Below are positions 54,117-64,000 of a DNA stretch of 64,000 bases, in pieces. Position 1 is the first letter of the stretch; every line of letters begins with the position of its first letter. The notes beneath the pieces were generated by a model. The model was not told the DNA's origin and did not search any database. It saw only the letters and a list, made by a program, of their open reading frames with translations. A program made the translations under genes and the position numbers. Source of the DNA: Paraspadella gotoi (taxonomy: Eukaryota; Animalia; Chaetognatha); the NCBI GenBank assembly GCA_051294375.1, contig CM119263.1:9912432-9976431 (forward strand), written 5' to 3'.

Positions 54117-55828
54117 TTAATAAACATAATACATAAGTACTAAGTAACCATTAGTAAAAGAACTACTGGACGTTTTTTGTGTATAAGTTTCATTTCATAT
54201 TTATTTATTTAATATTCTAAGTAGAATTTTTTGTTTAACGTAGTAAAATTAAGAGTTCAATTAAGAGTTCAATTTAGAGTATCAAAAGTGAATTATTTAA
54301 AATTTTAAATCTTTTTTCAAAATATATGACCTGTTTAAATTATTATAACAAAAATATTATTATTTATATAAGTATCATGAAAGAGCCTGAGAAAAAAAGA
54401 TTTAAGATAGCCAATCACAATTTGATAAAAATTATAAATTTATTCTCCAGCTATTGATTTTTAAAAAGATGTCTCATTTTTGAATATCCCAATTAAATTA
54501 AAGCTGGGCCAGTTAAATTTTATACTACAGTATTCGTAAGTATAAAATTCTCTTCATATTTTTAAGGGCTTTCTGAGGATATTAATATTGTTAATATTTT
54601 AATAAATACTTTGTTTAAAAAAATGCTAAAAGTTCAAATAAAAATTGAATTTAAAAACAGTGAGTTGGAAAATGAAACCCGATTTAACAAGCCAACTTTC
54701 TCCACTCATTGTCAAAGCATATCTAACTTAACTGATCAATATAAAATTTTAACACATAAATAGTTTTAGTATTTTCTACTCAACTAAATTTTAAAATCAG
54801 TGAAACAACCACTGGTTTGAAAATGACAGCGTATTTCTACCGGCGCTTGTAAAATTGTCACTATGTAAGCATGTTTTTTATTACATCGATGATGAGAAGC
54901 TGTATATAAATTTTCAGCATCATACACCCAAATTTAATCATAAAAAAAGCGATCTATAATTTGGAACGCCGACGACGCCTACGCCACTTATGCCCAAAAG
55001 CGTTACTAGATCGTCGCAAACGCAAAGCGATTGCGACGATAAAAAAAATCGCCGGCCGAATTCTTTAAAAATTCTAATGCCCGCTAAGAAATTATTTTGC
55101 TGCCTCTGTTCAAACGCCGGTCGCAAAACGTTACCTTATTAAATAAGTTATTTGAAAGTATTTTTAGAATTATTTACTTTACAAATGTAAACCAAATTTT
55201 CTCTCTCTAGCCGTATAAAAACGAATGCACATTGTACAATTAGCCAATTCGATTCCATGCGCTTTTTTAATTGTAATAAATCGATTCATCTCATTTTCAT
55301 TTTATTCGCCATTTTTATCTCGACCACCTCTACACTGAATAATTAATGTTTAAAGCTAGACAGGACGGACATCATTTTTTATGCATAATTTGAAATTTTA
55401 AAATAATTCAAATGTTATTATGAAAAAAGTCTTTCAACAAGTTTGAGCAAAATTTTGAGCAAAAATTGAAGATGACAACTCCAGCAACGATTAATGGATT
55501 GAATAATTAATTAATTAATTGAATAATTAATTGAATAATTAATGCAGCTTGCATTTACATTTAATATATAACAAGTTTGAGCAAACAATGCCGGATCTGC
55601 CCACGATCATTAGCGGTGATTAATTAATAAATTAGTTAAAACATTAATTAATAAATTGTTTGCACAAACTTGTTTTTCGGTCTTTTCGTCTGGTCACTGA
55701 CCAGGACAAAAGCAACTACGATGATGGCGATGATGAATTTATTGATTAATTATTTAATAAAATTATTATTTAATTATTTTATTGATTGGTAAATCAACTG
55801 ATTGATTAATAAGTTAATTGGTTGATAG

Positions 55829-56287
55829 TATGGTGGACCAAAATCCACCAACGTTCATCAGCGGCCATTGGTGCCGGAGGCAAGTCATTCGCCTCCCAAC
55901 CCAAAGGTCCGGGGTTCTAGCCCGGTGGTCGCCTAGCAATTAAGAGGGACGGGGCGCTTAACCCGCCTGTAACGCGGTGTTACAGCCTGATCCGAAGCTC
56001 AGGGACTGCTTATATTGAACGGTTCTGTCACTAACACAACAATAATTACTGTCTCTTTATTGGTGAGCCCGACTTCCGAACACAACAGCAACAACAACAC
56101 TTTCAGGCGACATGCCTCAACCTGGCGATGCACTTTCCTTCAACAATACATCAGGCGACATGCCTCAACTTGGTGACGAACTTTCCACCAACAACAAGAA
56201 TTCACTGAAGAGACGCAACAGATATCTCCTTATCTGCTTATATTGAACGGTTCTGTCACTAACACAACAATAATTACTGTCTCTTCA
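55829..56287 (+). mobile_element. TRIM family A copy, 3' LTR mostly deleted
   Basis: Full 5' LTR 55829-56059, PBS TGGTGAGCCCGAC at 56061, internal region, last ~55 bp of 3' LTR; ATAG TSD. Confidence 0.88.
55935..56010 (+). ncRNA. Twister-like ribozyme (P5 permutation) in family A LTR
   Basis: AGCAATT-AA-GAGG-GA-CGGG-GCGCT-TAA-CCC-GC-CTGTAAC/GTTACAG-CCTGA-TCCG-AAGC-TCAGG-GACTGCT; pseudoknots T1 TCCG:CGGG and T2 GC:GC; predicted cleavage 55959/55960. Confidence 0.75.
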
Positions 56288-56326
56288 ATAGATTAATTAA
56301 TTGAATAATTATTTTAATTAATGTAG

Positions 56327-57032
56327 TGTGGCGGTATATTCACACCGCCTCACGTCCACTCATGCCTTCAGCCAAATCCATTGGCTCAGAGGGGAACACA
56401 CCATCCCAGGCGTAGTGTTCCATCCACAGTCCTAACGACTTCCTCTGCATTGGCAAAGCGAGACCGTCCTAGGGTAACCGCGCAGTGACTGAAGCCGTCA
56501 CTGAGGGTCGGAAGCCCCCAAAGCCAACAGTGAGATGCCCCATCCCAATGGGCATCACAGGCAACCCGGCTGTTGCCATAAGTGGTGAGCCCTACTATCG
56601 AACACGCAACCTTCTCAGGGTACGCTATGACAAACGCCTATGCCCCTGGGGTACGCTACGACAAACGCCTATGCCCCCACAACTCGCGCTCTCTCTCTCT
56701 CTCCCACTATGGTAACAGTCTTGTCAGACACCTCTCAGGCTTGAGGAACCTGAGTGATGTCTTGACCCGGGGATCCTGTGGCGGTATATTCACACCGCCT
56801 CACGTCCACCATCCTTCAGCCAAATCCATTGGCTCAGAGGGGGAACACACCATCCCAGGCGTAGTGTTCCATCCACAGTCCTAACGACTTCCCTCTGCGT
56901 TGGCAAAGCGAGACCGTCCTAGGGTAACCGCGCCAGTGACTGGAGCCGTCACTGAGGGTCGGAAGCCCCCAAAGCCAACAGTGAGATGCCCCATCCCAAT
57001 GGGCATCACAGGCAACTCCGGCTGTTGCCATA
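56327..57032 (+). mobile_element. Complete TRIM, family C
   Basis: LTRs 56327-56580 and 56777-57032, 196-bp internal part, PBS TGGTGAGCCCTAC at 56583, GTAG TSD. Confidence 0.92.
56899..56979 (+). ncRNA. Twister-like ribozyme in family C LTR (other copies at ~56449-56528 and ~49489-49562)
   Basis: GTTGGC-AAA-GCGA-GA-CCGT-CCTAGGG-TAA-CCGC-GC-CAGTGAC/GTCACTG-AGGG-TCGG-AAGC-CCCC-AAA-GCCAAC; predicted cleavage 56925/56926. Confidence 0.7.
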
Positions 57033-57900
57033 GTAGCTTGCATTTAAAACAAAAAAACAATCAAATAGTGAAACAGGTTTTTTGTTTTTTCCATTTAAAC
57101 TTATTCCATCGAAACTTGATTTCCTGCTTAATCACACACCTTCCTACTTACATTAAAAATTTCAATCAATCGCACGATCCATTTATGAGTAATTAGCGTT
57201 CAAAGCTAAGGGGGGATGGACAGACGGACGGATGAACATTTTTTGGGGCATAATTTTCTATAATTTGATGTTCTGAAATGATATAAGTGACTTACCAACT
57301 TATTTCCACTCGCATAATTCCATCGAAACTTTATACCCAGCTAAATGACACACTTTCCTACCCACACACAAAATTTCATTCCAAGTTTTTTGCTAAGGAC
57401 AGACATCGATTTTTTTTTTTTTTTTGCATAATTAGTCATAATTTGATCTGCTGTAAGCAGATCCAGCTAAAAATAACGATAATACTGATATTGCCTGAAA
57501 GTCATTATTAAGAAAAAATTTCTAGAAATTAAATTCAAAATATCGTATAATAAAGGGTGAGAACTTCGACATCGTGGTCTTGGAAAAAAGATTAAGCAAC
57601 ACAGTTCAGCACAATATGTTAACTGACAATAACATTGGGACACACTGTAAATTTGCTGCACATCTTTTAATTCTGGTTGATTTTATTTAAAAATAATTTA
57701 TATTATTTTATGTGTAAAATATTTTGTCAGTATTCCTGATTATTGATGAATGATAAATCCGTTTAAATTTTTTACGATTCTATCAAGCGAGAAAGAGTTT
57801 TTGCCTCTTGAATCTTTTTGCTTTCACGATCTTGTTAGTCCTGCGATGATATTATATAGATAGCAGTGAATGACAAAATACAGTACTTTTGTTTCCTTAC

Positions 57901-57959
57901 CTTAAGATCTCGAAACATTTCGTCAATGTCTCCCTGAACTATTCCATTTGGTAGATTGC
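57901..57959 (-). CDS. EIF4H: eIF4H exon 4
   Basis: GNLPNGIVQGDIDEMFRDLK, matching eIF4H GNLPxxxVQGDIDxxFxDL; AG/GTaagg boundaries. Confidence 0.92.
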
Positions 57960-58790
57960 CTAAATTAAAAAAAATTAGTAAAGTTTCTTACTCATAAATC
58001 AGAGGGGCCTCGGCTCCACATTCAAGCTAAATATTTCTTAGGCTCCAGCTTCGCCTACGATGTTTTACTAATTATTTTACAAAATAAAATTTTTGAATAA
58101 TACTGATGTAAAATATCGTCAAGGCGCAAGTATAAATAATTATCTCAAATATTTATGAAAAATTGTAAGATTACTTGTTTTACTACTGTATATTAAACTT
58201 TAAAATTTTATATTAAAATTAAAAAATAAATGTAAAAATTTTATAAATTTCAGTATATATTAGATTTAATTATATTTTTTTATAATATAATTGGGAGAGG
58301 GATGTTAGTGTTGTCTTCTGGAAATAGAAGGAGCATCTGTACAACACAAAGTTAAATGTTACTTTCTGCCCTAGTTTTCTAATTAGTTATTAGACATCAT
58401 TCTTGTTAACAAGTCATTTATTGAAAATTTCAAAATATTTAAAAGTCTGAACAGAAAGGGGTGGAGAGGATAATTTGTTATGGGATTAAGGTTATTTATT
58501 GTTGAGGGTTAAGACTACAAAGTAGAATTGTATGTTTTGATAGGGATACATACCGGGGAAATCGGTTTATGAACATTTTGGATTTATAATTTTTTTTTTT
58601 AAATTTATTTTATATTATATATATAGTCATAATTATAATTTTTCAATATTAAATAAATTAATATTAAATTTTATTAATGAGGAACCGAAGCCTACCTTAT
58701 TTTATTTTGATATCAACATCACCACTATGTAAAAATTGTTTTAGGCTCCACCTCCAGCCAAAAAATGTCCGGTCAGATACAAAAACCTAC

Positions 58791-58847
58791 CGACGAATGC
58801 TGTAAAAGGTGGATCAGAAGGAATAGGCTTTGCTTGTCGTGCTCCAC
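58791..58847 (-). CDS. EIF4H: eIF4H exon 3
   Basis: GGARQAKPIPSDPPFTAFV, matching eIF4H PxxPPxTAxVG (start of RNP2); AG/GTaggt boundaries. Confidence 0.92.
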
Positions 58848-58907
58848 CTGAAATTTGAAAAACAGGAATGTTTCGATTTCAAAGCGTTGTTCGATGACGT
58901 TAGCATA

Positions 58908-59705
58908 CAGGGAGGTCCAGCTCTTTTGGGACTAAATTAAAAAAATCGTTTGGACGCGTAAATGAAAAAACAATGCTATGAAAAATGATACCAAAACTAC
59001 CCATGTAAAAAATTGTCCTGACAACACCATCTCCAAGTATCCAGAGAAGGTGGTGTATGCTTTTACGACCGCGCCCATTGGGAATGCTGCCATTCCTCCT
59101 ACTAATACTATTGCCGCTTTTAAAAAGTTAACAGTTCGATAAGGGAAGTAGGGGGCAGTTAGCTTCTATATCCTACATTTTCATTAAACGGGGGGATTGA
59201 AGTCAGAAAAACTGCGCGGTCAAATGTTAGGAATCTTGATTTTCGTCAAAATTTCCTAAAATTTTGTAAAGGAACGGCGCGAAAAAATATAATATGAAAT
59301 TGGTACAACCAATATAAAAATTATCCATTCATTTAATAAATAAGCTATCTTGTCCCTTACTTTGGACAGGCTTTGGTGGTTTAAGGCCTCCATCACACTT
59401 ACAAGATAATAACATAGCAGGTTTCTGCAAGCTTTCAATCAAGACTCTCTCACAGTCTTATTTATTCACTCCCAGTGAACCTGGCTTCCCTATCAATGAA
59501 GTGGTATAATATTTCAAAGAATGTTTCAATTATATGAAAAGACCACTCCCTTAATATGTTATGCAATTGAATTTGAATTTTTTAGACGTTTTTGATATCG
59601 ATCGAATGAGAAATTAGTCTAGTTTCCAATTATAGTTTCGCTATCCTCAATCGTTTTTGTACTGTAGGCACTTAAAGTTAGTCCCATTAGAGCTGGACCT
59701 CCCTG
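58908..59705. mobile_element. Tc1/mariner-type MITE in eIF4H intron 2
   Basis: 28-bp TIR cagggaggtccagctcttttgggactaa (2 mismatches), TA on both sides. Confidence 0.85.
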
Positions 59706-60685
59706 TAGGATCAGGAAATTATTAATACGTAATTTTTTTACGTTAAATAAGAATTTACTTTTACCTCGACAACAAAGTTATAAAAGATTTAATTTTAAAG
59801 CTTTTAAGAGGAAAGGTCATTCAGCATAACAATACGTAATCATTGATGTGTTAGAGCTAATATATCGAGAAATACATTATAGTCATCAGTAATCACAAAA
59901 AAATAAGTTCTTATTTATATGTAAACATTCTGTTTTCAATCATTTTTTTTAAATGGGTAAATAACAAAATTGTTAAGTTAAATGGGTAAGCACATTTTTT
60001 AAAGATTTGTTTTTCAATCTGGTTGTTAAAAAATTCTAGGTAAGAAGTGAAAACACGGTATGGGATAGTTTAGAAGGGGAGAATTAAACAATTAATCTCG
60101 TTACTCTGTTGGTTTTCCAGTCATGAACAAAATCTTCAGTTAAATAGATGGTAAAGAAATTCGAGCTACAATGAATCTTCACTGAATTTGAAGAGTTGCA
60201 CCTAAAGGACTGCAATAATATTGAAATAAAAATTTGATTAGCAATCTTAAAAACATTTGTAAAAATGTAATAGAGAGACATTTTGATAAACGCGTTCCAG
60301 TTAGAAAGAATTCAGGGTTAAAGTTTAAAAACGTTTCATTTTCAAGGATACAAGTTGAAATTTAAAAATGTCTCTCTATTACATTTTTCTAATTCAGTAA
60401 TAAAAAATTCATAAAAAATATCAGATGGATTGGCCTTTTCGTTTGACCTGCAACTCTTCAGATAGGTTTCTTTTATTTTATATTATAATTAAAACCGATA
60501 TAAAATGGGGTAGAATGCATCAAATGCTTAAAGTGAATACATTTTCGGAATCGCCAAGAGCTCAGCTTTCTGAATTTGTACTCCATTTTAACCTATTTTG
60601 AAGTTGAATTGAATGACCCTTTTTCTTTAAAACACAATCGCATAAATAAAAGTTCAACGATAGTTAACGTTTAACATAAAATTAC

Positions 60686-60758
60686 CATCGTATCCTCGAC
60701 CTCCGCCATTGTAACTCCTTCCGCCTTTGCCATTAAAATTTCCGCCTCGTCCGCCCCG
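60686..60758 (-). CDS. EIF4H: eIF4H exon 2
   Basis: RGGRGGNFNGKGGRSYNGGGRGYD; AG/GTaatt boundaries, phases 0/1. Confidence 0.8.
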
Positions 60759-60824
60759 CTAAAGGGAAAATTTTTCATAATAGCATTCTTATTGAAAGAT
60801 TTTGAAAGAGGGAACTTGTCTTAC

Positions 60825-60872
60825 GTCGTTATAGGAATTATATGTATCCCTTCCGTAGTAACCATCAGCCAT
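60825..60872 (-). CDS. EIF4H: eIF4H exon 1
   Basis: ATG at 60872: MADGYYGRDTYNSYND, GTaaga donor; the six exons join into a 333-aa protein. Confidence 0.8.
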
Positions 60873-61983
60873 CGTAGCTGAGAGAAGTGGAATCACTCAG
60901 CCAGGGAAGCTGAAACCTTTGCAAATTGAAGATCTCCGATGACAGCGACTTGAGCGATGCGAGTTGCGGAGATAAGAAAAATTAACAGAAAACAGTTTTC
61001 AAATTCGTCTTATTAACGTCTGTAAAGAGTAGTTAATCAGCTGAATCAACGACCAGTAAGCGGTTCACAGTTTTAAGTGAGACCGCTCGCGGAAAAATAT
61101 TTTTTTCTAAAACGAAAAACGAGGGCAGCGAGATAAACGTTTTTGATAAATCAAAAACAAGTTCCATATCGACAGTTCATAACAACAGAATTCATAAATT
61201 ATACACATCAATTCCATAAGTAAATAACATTTAAAAAATAATACGCACTGTTGGTTACGCTGATTGCTGAGAGGCGCAAATAAAAGGAAACCAACAGAAA
61301 GTTTTGAAAAGAAGTTTAACCCAGTTTAATTTGATCAAGAAAATTCTATCAAATTTTAATTAGTTAATCTAATAATATATCATCAATATCAAAATGATTT
61401 AGATTATATTTACATAAACTTTAGGAATAACCTTTAATCTTATACGGATTTAATCGGAACTTCGCTTCTCCCAAACAAGGCAAAATTCAACATCATATAT
61501 GGGAATAGAGCGACGTCTAGCAAGGCCACCGGCCGCTGTACTTGAAACTGGACAATAATTTTCTCACCGACATGAAAAAAAGTTTATGTAGCTGAAAAAA
61601 TTGTATTAAAAAAGGGATGACCTGATAAATTGTAAATGTACAACACAAACTAAATATAGAGTATCACAAATCCAAGTTTTCCACACCCTCAAAATAAAGA
61701 CTAATACTGTTCTTTGGTTTATATATACTATAGCATAATAAAAATTCAAATATAAACTAACTGACGATTATTACAAAATTTTAAAATGCTTAGCTCCAAA
61801 TTTCGAATCAATCTGTAATAAGCGAATGTATGATTCGTCGCTCTTAAACTGTTCCCTAAATAATTTTCCTCCAAAACTGATGACTGACACTGCATATACT
61901 TGATAACAATTTTTTTTTGTTAATATTTGGCATTTTATAACCTTCCGCGTTTAATTTGGCTGTTCCGTATTTTTGTTCTTACG

Positions 61984-62093
61984 CTAACGTTTATAAGGAT
62001 GATAAGCCTGAACTATATGAGGTCCACTTGCAAACGGAGAGCTTCCTGGTTGCAACTTCATAGCTGCTACTGCTGCAGACGTAGCCATGTTTG
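61984..62093 (-). CDS. Last exon of an unidentified protein ending in a PY-NLS-like motif
   Basis: TNMATSAAVAAMKLQPGSSPFASGPHIVQAYHPYKR*; aacAG acceptor, phase fits upstream exon. Confidence 0.7.
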
Positions 62094-62206
62094 CTGTTAT
62101 AGAAAAATGAACTTTAGATTAAAAATCCTTTAAAAAATAAAACCTAACAACCCATTTTCAAGTCATTTTAAGTCACCTATCCTTGAGAAACACCGAAAAT
62201 ACTTAC

Positions 62207-62354
62207 TTGAATGAGAAGAAATAGGTAATTGCATAGTGGTAGCTGATGAAACGTTCGGTTGTAAAGTGGGCGCACCCGATTGAGGTGGTGTTGTAATTTG
62301 GATCTGTTGGATCTGTTGGTATTGTTGAATTTGCTGTCCGATAACCATTGGAAC
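62207..62354 (-). CDS. Penultimate exon of the same gene (Q/P/S/T-rich)
   Basis: VPMVIGQQIQQYQQIQQIQITTPPQSGAPTLQPNVSSATTMQLPISSHS; GTAAGT donor at 62201-62206. Confidence 0.7.
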
Positions 62355-64000
62355 CTTCATTAACAAAAATACACAAATATACAGCAAAATTCCATTTTGA
62401 ACAAAACAAAAATGATAAAAAGTGGGAAGGACTGGGAAAACGTTGAAGAAATATTTTTTTAATATTAAATAATATGACAATAGGAAAAAACTTTCATGTT
62501 TCTAATACACGTAACTAAATGACTATAAAATTTATGTATAACAAACGTATTATGCTTGATCACTTTTTAGCAAAGTTTTAGCTCAAACAACCCGACATTA
62601 TAAGAAATAGGCCACATTTACTTACAATCACGTGACCATAGTTTTGGGTGAACTTAATAGAGGCAACATGACCGAAGTTATAAACCCTTGAAACATAAGT
62701 GGGACAGACCGATGGACACTGGACACAGTGAACAGACATACCGACCAACCGACCGAAAAGTGACTTATAGAAAATTAATTTATAAACAGAAAGAAAAATT
62801 CTAATTTGCGATTGTTAATTAAAAAAAATAATGAAGTACCGAGGAAAATTAAAGTTACAGTTTCTGGAAAAAAAAGGAAAAACAATAAAATTTTTCATTG
62901 TCAAAAAAAAACAACTAATCAGCAGAGGCAGCCCCTGAGAAAAAAAAAAAGAAATAAAAACCCGATTTTGCGATTCAAAATGATAACATGCAGAAATGCG
63001 ATGCCTAACTTTACGAGTTCAATCCTATTTCAATTTTTTCAAAGAGAGAGAGAGAGAGAGAAAAAAAAAAAAGAAATCAAAAGGCAGCAGCAGAAGCAGC
63101 AGGAGAAAAGAGAGAAAAAGAATAAGCCCCTGCAGAGCCAGCTGCAGACTCGTTTTTTTCCCCTATGAATCAGTGACGAGGGAAAAGAGAGAGAGAGAGA
63201 GAGGGAGAGAGACATATAATTAGAACAGAAAAGAGAGAGAGAAAGAAATATAAAAATAAAAGAGAAAATTAGTTTGTTTTGATAAAATGTAAACAAAACA
63301 TATTTAATAACTGTCCTGACTCAATTTTAAGCACATTGATGATGAGAAACTATATAAATTTTCAGCTTCATACACCCAAATTTAATGATAAAAAAGACGA
63401 TCTATAATTTGGAACACCGAAGACAACAACTACGACGACGACGCCACTTTTATCGTCGCAAACGCAAAGCGATTGCGACGATAAAAATGTTTTTTTCCCT
63501 ATGATCACTTCCTGTTCATCACTTCCCAATCTACTTTTCCTGATGTTGATTCCAAATTATTAATGCTATGTTATCGATACAATGATAACGATACAATAAT
63601 GCGATAATAATAAATACGATAATAATCAATCATTGATGTGATGATAATCGATCATTAATCAATGATACAATGTTGGATGAATGCGACAAGAAAATTCATG
63701 AATTAATAAAGAGAGAGAGAAACATAACAAGATCATAACCAATTAAAATTTATCAATCAATGATTTAACCAAATTAACATTTAATCAATCAGAGATAGAG
63801 AAAAACTTTTAAAAATTTAAATAAATGTTTTTTTGGTTTTCTAATTAAAACTCTTTGCCAATCCTATGATTCCATAAAAACTTTATATGCAGCTTAATCA
63901 TATACCTTCCTACCCTCACAGAAAATTCCATTTCAATTTATCTATTCAATTTTTAATAAATTTAAACAAAATTTCATTCCAATCCATCCATCCATCCAAT

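Noticed and set aside
55861-55932. tRNA gene
   Set aside because: Imperfect arms and always embedded in LTRs; treated as a tRNA-derived promoter rather than a functional tRNA.
56905-56935. 5S rRNA-derived segment (GAGACCG..CCT.GGG..ACCG) in the family C LTR
   Set aside because: Short similarity only; better explained by the twister core.
58990-59255. Possible H/ACA snoRNA or alternative/poison exon in an eIF4H intron
   Set aside because: Lies inside the TA-flanked MITE 58908-59705; the second hairpin lacks a proper basal stem before ACA, and eIF4H splices in frame without it.

Overview
AT-rich animal genomic DNA with spliceosomal introns and one 10-N gap at 32595-32604. Four protein-coding genes lie on the minus strand: the 5' ~3,480 codons of axonemal dynein heavy chain DNAH10 (7 small exons, then one exon of at least 9.4 kb running off the window), a 2-exon DPY30-domain (DYDC-like) gene, a 6-exon eIF4H, and the last two exons of an unidentified protein ending in YHPYKR. 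Introns and intergenic DNA are filled with non-autonomous elements: DINE/Helentron-like elements with internal minisatellites, TIR MITEs, a Tc1 transposase relic and Penelope-type hammerhead relics. The main discovery is four distinct families of tiny non-coding LTR elements with 4-bp TSDs (three seen as two-LTR TRIMs sharing a TGGTGAGCC primer-binding site, one as a solo LTR). Their LTRs carry a tRNA-like Pol III head followed by a circularly permuted (P5-type) twister-ribozyme fold, supported by compensatory base changes. They look like twister-based LTR retrozymes predicted to release 403-450 nt monomer/circular RNAs. All structure calls were made by eye; catalytic activity is untested.
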